Part shown: in pieces, positions 46,362 through 55,789 of the stretch
How positions within the stretch are numbered: position 1 is the first letter of the stretch
Layout of the letters: each line of letters begins with the position of its first letter
Assembly: GCA_035279705.1 (NCBI GenBank)
Contig: DATEHG010000011.1
Coordinates: forward strand, 248-64,247
Direction: 5' to 3'
Length of the DNA stretch: 64,000 nucleotides
Source of the DNA: Gemmatimonadales bacterium
Lineage (GTDB): Bacteria > Gemmatimonadota > Gemmatimonadetes > Gemmatimonadales > GWC2-71-9
Notes under the pieces: model-generated
Seen by the model: the letters and a program-made list of their open reading frames with translations, nothing else
Databases searched by the model: none
What the model was told of the DNA's origin: nothing
Program-made: the position numbers and the translations under genes

Positions 46362-48659
46362 TCAGCTCTTGCGCCGGGCCAGCACCGCCTCGAGCCGGGC
46401 CGAGAGAGCGCGGGCCCGGAACGGTTTGGTGAGGAAATCGTTGGCGCCCAGCTCGAAGACCCGCACTTCGTTGTCCTCGTCGCCCTTGGCGGTCAATACG
46501 ATGATCGGGACATTGCGGGTGGCCGGGCGGCTGCGGAGCTTGCCCAGCACGGTGTAGCCGTCCATGCCGGGCAGATTGAGGTCGAGCACGATCACGTCCG
46601 GCGCCCGACGGTCCACTTCGTCCAGCGCCTCCATGCCGTCCCGCGCTTCGGCCACGGTGTACCCTTCGCGCTCCAGCAGATCCTTCATGACCCGGCGGAG
46701 CGTATCCTCGTCATCCACGAGGAGCACGGTCGCATCCCGGATGCCTCCCGATACGGCCGAGTCGTCCAGCAGCTCGAAGGCGGAGGTGAGGTCGACCTCG
46801 GGACGGGTGGGCGCCGCCTGCGGCATCGGCAGGGCGAACTGCCCGGAGATCAGCTGCATGAGCCCCGGCGGCATGGCCATGGGTGGCTGCGATAGCGGTG
46901 GAGCCTGAGGCGTGACCGGCGAGGACGGCACCGCGGAAGGAACTGACACGGCGGCCTCCGTCGACGGCGGCTCGACCACGCGCAGCAGTTCCTCGACGCT
47001 CGTCTCACCCTGGAGGACGTGCGCCAGCCCGCTCTCGAACAGCGACAGCATCCCGTTCACCCGCGCCGCCTCGGCGATCTTGTCCGCCGTGGCGCCGGCA
47101 CCGATCCGCCGCTCCAGCTCGGGGTTCATCTTCAGCACTTCCACGATGCTGAAACGCCCGCGATAGCCGGTCATGGCGCAGTCGGGGCAGCCGACCGCCT
47201 TGTAGAAGGTGATGCCGTCGGGCATCCACTTCTTCATCCGGTCGGGAAAGACATGGTCGGGGCCGCAGACTTCACGGCAGTTGGGGCAGAGGCGCCGCAG
47301 CAGCCGCTGCGCGACCACGCCGCGCAGCGCCGAGGCGATCTTGTAGGCCTCCATGCCCATATCGACGAGGCGGGTGACTGCATTGGCCGCGTCGTTGGTG
47401 TGCAGCGTGGAGAGCACCAGGTGGCCCGTGAGCGAGGCCTGCACCGCGATCTGGGCCGTTTCCTGGTCGCGGATTTCGCCGACCAGCACGACGTCGGGGT
47501 CCTGTCGCAGGATCGAGCGCAGCGCGGCGGAAAAGGTCAGCCCGGCCTTCTCGTGGACCTGGACCTGCACGATGCCCTTGCCCAGCCTGAACTCGACCGG
47601 GTCTTCCACCGTCACGATATTCACCCCCTCGTTCTGCACCATGCGCAGGCACGAGTAGAGCGTCGTCGTCTTGCCCGAGCCGGTGGGCCCGGTGACCAGG
47701 ATGATGCCTTCCTTGTTGCTGAGCAGGTTCTGGATGGTGGTCTGCTCGCTGGTCGAAAGCCCCAGTGTCTGCAGCGACAGGACCGTCGCCTTGGCATTGA
47801 GAATCCGGATGACGACCTTCTCGCCGTGCGTGGCGGGGAGGGTCGAGACGCGCAGATCCACGGGCGAGCCGTTGACGGCCACCCGGGCGCGGCCGTCCTG
47901 CGGCCGCAGCCGGTCGGCGATATCCAGCCCCGACATGATCTTGATGCGGGAGATCAGCGGAGCGCCCGCCGAGCGCGGAATGTTCATCACCTGGCGCAGC
48001 ACACCGTCGATGCGGTAGCGGACGACGACGCCCCCTTCCCCCGGCTCCACGTGAATGTCGGACGCGCGGCTGATGATGCCGTCCGAGAGCATGAGATCGA
48101 CCAGCCGGACGACGGGAGGCTGGTTGGCCTGGTCGGGGCTGGCGCCGAGGTCCGCGCCCGGGTCATCGTCGGAGAGCTGGGTGACTTCCGCGCCGCCCGA
48201 ATCGAGGTTGCCCAGCAGCTGCGAGACCATTTCGGCGCCGGTGCGATACAGATCCTCGAGGCGCTCCTTGATCTTCCCCGGGCCGGCCAGGAAAATCCGG
48301 ACTTCCCGCCCGGTGGCAAAGGCGAGGCCCTTCTCGGCGTCGATGTCGAACGGATTCGAGGTCGCCACCTCGAGGTAGGAATCGGTGATCCGGATGGGCA
48401 TCACGTTGAACCGGCGCGCCAGCTGCTCCGGCACCGAGTCCTTCACTTTCGGATCCACCAGCTGGAAATCGGCGACCGGGAACCGGAATCGGGCCGCCGC
48501 GGCCTGCAGGATCTGATCCTCCGTGGCGTGGCGCGCTTCGACCAGCTTGGCCCAGAGACTGACTGGCGTGCTCGATTCCTCCTGGCGCAGCTTCGCCAGG
48601 GCGCCCTCGGGCACCATCTTCTCGATAATGGGAATGATCCAGTCGTCGGTGAAGCGCAT
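46362..48659 (-). CDS. Type II/IV secretion-system ATPase (GspE/PilB family) fused to a C-terminal response-regulator receiver domain
   Basis: 765 aa. T2SSE N-domain; Walker A GPTGSGKTTT; Asp/His boxes; tetracysteine CPNC...CPDC; Pro-rich linker; then a complete receiver (LLVDDEDT...DVIVLDLNLPGMDG...LTAKGD...KPF). Confidence 0.85.
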   Translation of the reverse strand: MRFTDDWIIPIIEKMVPEGALAKLRQEESSTPVSLWAKLVEARHATEDQILQAAAARFRFPVADFQLVDPKVKDSVPEQLARRFNVMPIRITDSYLEVATSNPFDIDAEKGLAFATGREVRIFLAGPGKIKERLEDLYRTGAEMVSQLLGNLDSGGAEVTQLSDDDPGADLGASPDQANQPPVVRLVDLMLSDGIISRASDIHVEPGEGGVVVRYRIDGVLRQVMNIPRSAGAPLISRIKIMSGLDIADRLRPQDGRARVAVNGSPVDLRVSTLPATHGEKVVIRILNAKATVLSLQTLGLSTSEQTTIQNLLSNKEGIILVTGPTGSGKTTTLYSCLRMVQNEGVNIVTVEDPVEFRLGKGIVQVQVHEKAGLTFSAALRSILRQDPDVVLVGEIRDQETAQIAVQASLTGHLVLSTLHTNDAANAVTRLVDMGMEAYKIASALRGVVAQRLLRRLCPNCREVCGPDHVFPDRMKKWMPDGITFYKAVGCPDCAMTGYRGRFSIVEVLKMNPELERRIGAGATADKIAEAARVNGMLSLFESGLAHVLQGETSVEELLRVVEPPSTEAAVSVPSAVPSSPVTPQAPPLSQPPMAMPPGLMQLISGQFALPMPQAAPTRPEVDLTSAFELLDDSAVSGGIRDATVLLVDDEDTLRRVMKDLLEREGYTVAEARDGMEALDEVDRRAPDVIVLDLNLPGMDGYTVLGKLRSRPATRNVPIIVLTAKGDEDNEVRVFELGANDFLTKPFRARALSARLEAVLARRKS

Positions 48660-48717
48660 CAGGGCCTGGTTCTGCAGGTGCGCGAAAGCTAAGCCGTTCC
48701 GGTAATTGGAGTAAGGC

Positions 48718-50766
48718 CTACAGGACGGGCCACCAGTCGGGCCGGAAATCGAAGCTCACGCCCACCTCGCCCGATCGCAGGCTCACCCCCGCTTCGACGC
48801 GGAGCAGCTGCATCAGGAAGTCCACCGCGACGCCGGCTACCGGCCGCACTCCAGCGGAGGGTTGCCAGGGAGCGCCGGTGACGTCTCCCCCAGCCCAGCC
48901 CGCCGCCACGAACGGAGCCACCGCCATCCCCCGTCCGCTCTCGGCCCATACCCCGAGTGGCAGCGGCGGACCGGCGAACGTGAAGCGCCAGTCGACTCGC
49001 GCGAGCGCGGCCGTTCTGCCGCCCCAGGTCCGGAAGTCCTCCCCCGGGAGAGTGCCGCGTCCGCCAAGCGCGAAGCTGCGCCACGCGGGAAGCGACGCCG
49101 TGCCCGCACCACCATACAGGGACCCCACCAGCACGCCGGGGCCAGCGGGAACCCGGCCCGAAAGGGAGAGCCGGACCCGCGCATAGCTGGCGTCCCCGGT
49201 GGCGCCCTCCAAGGCAAGCTCGCCATTCCAGTCGCGGCGGACATCGGCCGCGGCCACCCGTCTCAGCGAGAGTCGCAGCACGCCGAATGATCCCGCCCCC
49301 AGCGCCGGATTCGGACGGTACTCGTTCCGCGCCGGGACGGCGGCAGTGGCCAGCGACGCCGACCGCTCGTACGCCACTGCCGTGGTCACACTGGCTCGCC
49401 GGCCGGCGGGAAACTGATGCTCGAGACTCACCCGATCGAGGCGCAGGTAGTCGCCGAAATCGTCGCCCCACTCCTGGGCCGAAAAGCTGTTCACGAGGCG
49501 GGAGGCGGCGGGAAGATCGCTGAAGTCGACGACGCTGCGGCTGCCCTCGAGCGTGGTAATCGATCCCCCCCAGTGGTGTTCCAGGCGGAGCCCGCCGGTC
49601 AGCAGGTCGGCGTCGGTGGCGTACCCGGCCCTCGGCTTGAGGCGCCACGCTCCCGAGCCGAAGGAGACACCGAGTCCAGCCGTCAGTCCCTCGACGCGGT
49701 TGACGTGGATCAGGTCGCTGATGCCGTCGAGTCCGAGGCGGGTGGGCCGGACCCGCTCCATCATGCCTCGGCCCGCGACCCTGGCCACCTCGCCGCGAAG
49801 TCGCGAGAGATCGTCCTCGCCGACGGGCGGTGCCTCGCTCAGGACCTCGTCCGCCAGCGGCCGATCCCAGGTGCCGCCGGAATCCGCCGGGTGACGGAGT
49901 CCGCCGATGGCGGGACCGGCGAAGAGGCGCGGGGGCAGTGCAGGATTGAACTCGTAGTCACCGATCTCCCACCGGCCGCGGATGATGCTGGTGGCCGGAA
50001 AGTCGAGCCACGATACCCGGCGCCGAATCTCGATGACCTGGCGGACCGGCAGCCACCAGCGGGCCTCGAGCAGGGCGTTCTCCAGTTCCACGGTGATGTC
50101 GGCCAGCTGGGCGTCGAGGTAGGATGCCGGAGTGAAACCGAACCGGAACCGCACCACCGCCGCCGTCGTGGTGTCCACATACAGGGTACCGACGACGCCC
50201 GGCAGCGAGGAGTCACGCGGCCTGACTTCGAGGGCGCGGACCGTGACGCGGGCCTGTTCCATTGCCAGGGTGACCGACTCTCCCAGCGCAAAATCGTAGC
50301 GCTGCCTCCCCTCGGCCGAGAGCGGATGGGGCACGTCCCGGACTTCGTCCCCCTCGCCGATGATGATTCTCGGTCCGAAGTCGTTGGTGACGATGCCGAG
50401 GTGATCGCGGTGGTAGCGGATGTCGGTGGGGAGCCAGCGGCCGTCGCGCCAGGCCCGGATGATCTGCTTGCTCTGGCCGGGGGAGCGCCAATACACTTCG
50501 ACCGCCAGCTGATCGGCCTTGACCAGACGCGGCGGCTCGGCACCCAGCTGCGCCAGGAACAGGACGAACCCGCTGGCCTGCGCGTGGTAGGCCTCGAGCC
50601 CGGTATCCGGGCGATCAACCAGGCGACGGTCGCGGGCTCGTTCGGCCAGGGCCAGCGCCTCAGGGCTGTTCCACCGCTCCTGCGCGGCGAGCAGCCTCGG
50701 TCCCTGCAGTCCCACGATCAGCGCCGCGCCGGCCCAACGGCGCCACTTCAAACCCCGGCACGGCAT
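48718..50766 (-). CDS. Large outer-membrane protein, Omp85/bacterial-surface-antigen-like C-terminal barrel
   Basis: The ATG at 50766 gives MPCRGLKWRRWAGAALIVGLQGPRLLAAQ. The C-terminal third shows a barrel pattern (...FALGGRGTLPGEDF...AAGWAG...). The upstream part of the 825-aa ORF overlaps the divergent lipoprotein gene. Confidence 0.55.
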   Translation of the reverse strand: MPCRGLKWRRWAGAALIVGLQGPRLLAAQERWNSPEALALAERARDRRLVDRPDTGLEAYHAQASGFVLFLAQLGAEPPRLVKADQLAVEVYWRSPGQSKQIIRAWRDGRWLPTDIRYHRDHLGIVTNDFGPRIIIGEGDEVRDVPHPLSAEGRQRYDFALGESVTLAMEQARVTVRALEVRPRDSSLPGVVGTLYVDTTTAAVVRFRFGFTPASYLDAQLADITVELENALLEARWWLPVRQVIEIRRRVSWLDFPATSIIRGRWEIGDYEFNPALPPRLFAGPAIGGLRHPADSGGTWDRPLADEVLSEAPPVGEDDLSRLRGEVARVAGRGMMERVRPTRLGLDGISDLIHVNRVEGLTAGLGVSFGSGAWRLKPRAGYATDADLLTGGLRLEHHWGGSITTLEGSRSVVDFSDLPAASRLVNSFSAQEWGDDFGDYLRLDRVSLEHQFPAGRRASVTTAVAYERSASLATAAVPARNEYRPNPALGAGSFGVLRLSLRRVAAADVRRDWNGELALEGATGDASYARVRLSLSGRVPAGPGVLVGSLYGGAGTASLPAWRSFALGGRGTLPGEDFRTWGGRTAALARVDWRFTFAGPPLPLGVWAESGRGMAVAPFVAAGWAGGDVTGAPWQPSAGVRPVAGVAVDFLMQLLRVEAGVSLRSGEVGVSFDFRPDWWPVL

Positions 50767-51358
50767 GCGTCGCGTAGTCCGCCCCTCTGGCTGGTTGATG
50801 CTGTTCGCGGCCGCCGGCTGCGGCGGGTCCTCGAAATCGGCCGCCACTCCCGAAGGACCACCCCCGGTGCAGGTGGTCCAGGTCGCGCCGCTCACCGACC
50901 TGTTCGTGCTGGAACTGGACGGGGCGCCGCCGCTGGATACCGCCGTGGCCCTCAAGCCCGGCGTGGCCCGCACCGTGATTGTACGGCACGCCCCGCCCGA
51001 CAACAACACATTCGCCGAGCTCTCCTTCCCCGCCTCGGTGTTCGCGGCCGACTCGGGCCGGGATTCGGTCCGCCTGGTGGTGCGGCCGCGGCCCGGAGTG
51101 TACGGCCTCACGCTCGAGAGCGACACGCCATTGGGACCCGGCGCCCGCATCACGTTCAAGTACCCGGTCCACTTCCAGGCGCCGCAGGCGGCCACCGCGC
51201 GCTATGGCGGGGCGCTGGCGTTCGAGCGGGCGCTCATGGTGGCCGTCGAGCAGGAGGAGGGCCGCTACGGCCTGCTGGCCTCGACGCGTCCCGCCTCGGA
51301 TAATCTCTCCGGACCGATGCCGCGGGCAGGAACCTACCTGGCCGTGGCTCCCCGATGA
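50765..51358 (+). CDS. Hypothetical lipoprotein
   Basis: MRRVVRPSGWLMLFAAAGCGG (lipobox). 16 bp upstream of trpE. Confidence 0.5.
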   Translation: MRRVVRPSGWLMLFAAAGCGGSSKSAATPEGPPPVQVVQVAPLTDLFVLELDGAPPLDTAVALKPGVARTVIVRHAPPDNNTFAELSFPASVFAADSGRDSVRLVVRPRPGVYGLTLESDTPLGPGARITFKYPVHFQAPQAATARYGGALAFERALMVAVEQEEGRYGLLASTRPASDNLSGPMPRAGTYLAVAPR

Positions 51359-51374
51359 CCACGAACCCGACCTG

Positions 51375-52865
<1,491 letters not shown>

Positions 52866-52883
52866 AGGATGGGACGATGTTGG

Positions 52884-52930
52884 GATGGGGGGATGTGACA
52901 CCTGGTGCTGCCTGAGTACATCCCCCCATC
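52884..52930. repeat. G-rich hairpin element (13-bp perfect stem GATGGGGGGATGT / ACATCCCCCCATC, 21-nt loop); candidate terminator after trpE
   Basis: Read directly. Related to the element at 54587-54649. Confidence 0.7.
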
Positions 52931-52946
52931 GTCTATCCCCCCATCA

Positions 52947-52979
52947 CTGCCCCCCTGCCCCCCTGCCCCGCTGCCCCCC
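52947..52979. repeat. Octamer tandem repeat (CTGCCCCC)x4 just upstream of the cyclase start codon
   Basis: CTGCCCCC CTGCCCCC CTGCCCCG CTGCCCCCC, ending 11 bp before the ATG at 52991. Confidence 0.85.
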
Positions 52980-52990
52980 ATACTTCAGCC

Positions 52991-54583
52991 ATGCCCTTCC
53001 GCCTGACGAGCGTCGCCGGGGACCAGAAATACGAACTCGCAGGCGAGCACGTCTTCGTGGTCGGACGGGCGGTCACCAGCGACATCCCCATCTTCGATCC
53101 CACCATTTCCCGCCGCCACGCCGAGCTCAAGGTCGGCGCCACCGGCGTGCACGTGCGGGACCTCGGCAGTTCGAACGGCACCTTCCTCAACGGGGCCCGC
53201 ATCACCGAAGCGACGATGGTGGCCAACGACTCCATCACCTTCGGCAAGGTGGCGTTCCAGGTCACTTCCATCGAAACCAGCCGGCCCAACACCACCGGCG
53301 CCAACCTGGCTCCCCCCGCGGCGACCATCGTGCGCAAGGTGTCGGTGAGCGGCGCCGCGCAGGCCATGGTGCCGGGCCCGGACCAGGTGGAAGGGGGCGG
53401 GCAGCTCAAGGTCCAGGCGGCAACGACCGAGGAACGCCAGGCGCGGAAACTCTCGCTGCTGCTCGACGTGTCCCAGAAGCTCTCCGGCGAATTCGACCTC
53501 GACCGCCTGCTCGGCCGGGTGGTGGAAACCACCTTCGAAATCATGAACGTCGACCGGGTGTCCGTCCTCCTGGTCAAGGACGACGGGGAACTGGTGCCCC
53601 GGACGTCCAAGAGCCGCCTCGGTGAAGTCTCGGCGCAGCACGTGCCGAGGTCGATCGCCCGCAAGGCGGTGGAAGAGCGGATCGCGATCCTCACCGACAA
53701 TGCGGTGCAGGACGAGCGCTTCAAGGGCCAGTCCATCATGATGCAGAGCGTGCGCAGCGCCATCTGTGTGCCGCTCATGGCCTCCGCGGAAGAAGTCCTG
53801 GGGCTGCTCTATGTCGACAACCTGACCGCCACCAACAGCTTCAGTGACGAAGACCTCCAGTTCCTGATCGCCTTCGGGGGGCTGGCCGCCATGGGCATCC
53901 GCAACAGCCGCTACGCCCAGCGGCTGGAGCGCGAGGCCATCGTGCGCTCCAATTTCGAGCGCTACTTCGCGCCCAACGTGGCGGCGGAAATCGCCCAGAA
54001 CCAGGCGGCCGTGCGGCTGGGCGGGGACAAGCGGCCGGTCACCATCCTGTTCAGCGACATCCGCGGCTTCACCAGCATGTCGGAGACGATGAACCCCGAC
54101 GAAATCGCGGGGCTCCTGTCGGACTACTTCACCGAAATGGTGGACGTGATCTTCCAGCACACCGGCACGCTGGACAAGTTCATCGGCGATGCGATCATGG
54201 CGCTCTGGGGCGCGCCCATTGCCCACGAGGACGATCCCGACCGCGCCGTGCGCGCCGCGATCGGCATGCAGAAGGCGCTGGCGGGACTCAATCAGAAGTG
54301 GGCGTCCGAGGGCAAGGCGCAGATCGGAGTGGGGATCGGGATCAACCACGGCGAGGCCTTCGCCGGGAACATCGGCAGCCACCTCCGCCTCGAATACACC
54401 GTGATCGGTGACGCAGTCAACGTCGCCAGCCGCCTCTGCTCCAATGCCAAGGGCGGCGAGATCCTGATCAGCGACCAGTTGTACCAGGTGCTCAAGGAAA
54501 AGCCGCCGGTCGAGGCCATGATGCCGCTGGCGGTGAAGAACCGGGCCCAGGTGGTGGCGGTGTGGAAGGTGAAGCTGGATTGA
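52991..54583 (+). CDS. FHA-GAF-class III adenylate/guanylate cyclase
   Basis: FHA (VVGRAVTSDIPIFDPTISRRHAEL...DLGSSNGTFLNG), a central GAF-like region, and a cyclase domain (TILFSDIRGFTSMSE, FIGDAIMALWGAP, GIGINHGEAFAGNIGS, YTVIGDAVNVASRL). Confidence 0.88.
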   Translation: MPFRLTSVAGDQKYELAGEHVFVVGRAVTSDIPIFDPTISRRHAELKVGATGVHVRDLGSSNGTFLNGARITEATMVANDSITFGKVAFQVTSIETSRPNTTGANLAPPAATIVRKVSVSGAAQAMVPGPDQVEGGGQLKVQAATTEERQARKLSLLLDVSQKLSGEFDLDRLLGRVVETTFEIMNVDRVSVLLVKDDGELVPRTSKSRLGEVSAQHVPRSIARKAVEERIAILTDNAVQDERFKGQSIMMQSVRSAICVPLMASAEEVLGLLYVDNLTATNSFSDEDLQFLIAFGGLAAMGIRNSRYAQRLEREAIVRSNFERYFAPNVAAEIAQNQAAVRLGGDKRPVTILFSDIRGFTSMSETMNPDEIAGLLSDYFTEMVDVIFQHTGTLDKFIGDAIMALWGAPIAHEDDPDRAVRAAIGMQKALAGLNQKWASEGKAQIGVGIGINHGEAFAGNIGSHLRLEYTVIGDAVNVASRLCSNAKGGEILISDQLYQVLKEKPPVEAMMPLAVKNRAQVVAVWKVKLD

Positions 54584-54586
54584 GGA

Positions 54587-54649
54587 ATGGGGGGATGTGG
54601 GGATTGGGGGAGAGTCCCAGGACATCCCTACATCCCTCCATCCCCCCAT
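54587..54649. repeat. Second copy of the G-rich hairpin element (ATGGGGGGATG ... CATCCCCCCAT, imperfect inner stem)
   Basis: Read directly. Lies between the convergent cyclase and maf genes. Confidence 0.65.
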
Positions 54650-54664
54650 CGAGCCTCCATCTCA

Positions 54665-55228
54665 CTACCCAAACCGATAGGGAAACCCGGCTTCCTCCAG
54701 CAGCTGCAGCACCAGCCGCACCGGCAGTCCCATCACCCCGAAAAAATCGCCGTCCACCCGCTCGACCATCGCGGCGCCGTATCCCTGGATGCCATAGGCA
54801 CCGGCCTTGTCCATCGGCTCCCCGGTGGCGATGTAGGCGCGGAGGAACTCATCGTCGGCGGGACGGAAGGTGACCCTGGTGATGTCGGTGGCCTGGCGCA
54901 GGCGGCCATCGCTCACCAGGGCAACGCTGGTGATGACCTCATGCGTCCGCCCCTGCAGGCGGCGCAGCATCCGCAGCGCATCCGCGGCATCCGCCGGTTT
55001 TTCCAGCAGCTCGCCCTCCAGCAGCACGGTGGTGTCGGCGCCCAGGACGAGATCCCCGGGCACAGCCCTGGCTTTGTCGCGGGCCAGCCGTTCGGCGTAC
55101 GCCACCGGCGCCTCGCCGGGCCCGCGCACCTCGGGCACCGACGAAGGGCGCACCGTGACCGGAATGCCCAGCATCTCGAGGAGTTGCTTTCGCCTCGGCG
55201 AGGCGGACGCCAGGATGAGCACCGTCAC
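54665..55228 (-). CDS. maf: Maf-like nucleoside triphosphate pyrophosphatase
   Basis: [14 protein letters not shown]...GADTTV...KAGAYGIQG. Confidence 0.85.
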   Translation of the reverse strand: MTVLILASASPRRKQLLEMLGIPVTVRPSSVPEVRGPGEAPVAYAERLARDKARAVPGDLVLGADTTVLLEGELLEKPADAADALRMLRRLQGRTHEVITSVALVSDGRLRQATDITRVTFRPADDEFLRAYIATGEPMDKAGAYGIQGYGAAMVERVDGDFFGVMGLPVRLVLQLLEEAGFPYRFG

Positions 55229-55695
55229 GCTGCCCCGCCGGCCCCCTGCCCGCCTGTCCCCCGCTCCAGCACCAGCGTCACCGGTCCGTCGTTGTGGATT
55301 TCCACCAGCATGTCGGCGCCGAACTGCCCGGCTTCCACCTTCAAACCGCGGGCCCGCAGCGCCGAGAGAAAGGCCTCATAGAGTGGAATGGCCACCTCGG
55401 GCCTGGCCGCGTCGATGAATGACGGGCGGCGCCCCTTGGCCGCGTCGCCGTAGAGGGTGAACTGCGAAATGACCAGCAGCGCGCCGTCCACTTCGGCCAG
55501 CGCCAGGTTCATCTTGCCCTGCGCGTCACTGAACACCCTGAGCCCTTCCACCTTTTCAGCCATCCACGTCACATCCGCCGGCGTGTCGGTGTGGGTAAAC
55601 CCGACGAGCAGGCAGAAGCCGCGGTCGATGGCACCTGTGACCCTGCCGTCGATGGTGACGCTTGCCCTGGAAACCCGCTGCAGCACGACGCGCAT
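55225..55695 (-). CDS. dtd: D-aminoacyl-tRNA deacylase
   Basis: [13 protein letters not shown]...GFCLLVG...[12 protein letters not shown]...GRRPSF...[16 protein letters not shown]. Confidence 0.92.
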   Translation of the reverse strand: MRVVLQRVSRASVTIDGRVTGAIDRGFCLLVGFTHTDTPADVTWMAEKVEGLRVFSDAQGKMNLALAEVDGALLVISQFTLYGDAAKGRRPSFIDAARPEVAIPLYEAFLSALRARGLKVEAGQFGADMLVEIHNDGPVTLVLERGTGGQGAGGAA

Positions 55696-55789
55696 GCCTG
55701 GTCCGGTTCGAGGTGCGACGAACTAACGGAACTTGAGCGAAAATGGCAACGTCCCTAGCCGATTCCGGCTTTGACGGTACACTACGGAC

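Noticed and set aside
50767-51195. N-terminal extension of ORF 48718..51195
   Set aside because: It overlaps the lipoprotein gene on the other strand and has no signal peptide. The internal ATG at 50766 gives a good signal peptide ending in LLAAQ.
52985-54649. 554-aa ORF antisense to the cyclase gene. The same applies to similar long antisense ORFs at 27524..28942, 47019..48692, 49417..51303, 38802..40388, 55853..57262, 45290..46333, 29537..30484 and 30166..31407.
   Set aside because: Each lies opposite a gene with strong family motifs. Compositions are dominated by Arg, Gly, Pro, Asp and His, with no recognisable domains. These are GC-content artefacts.
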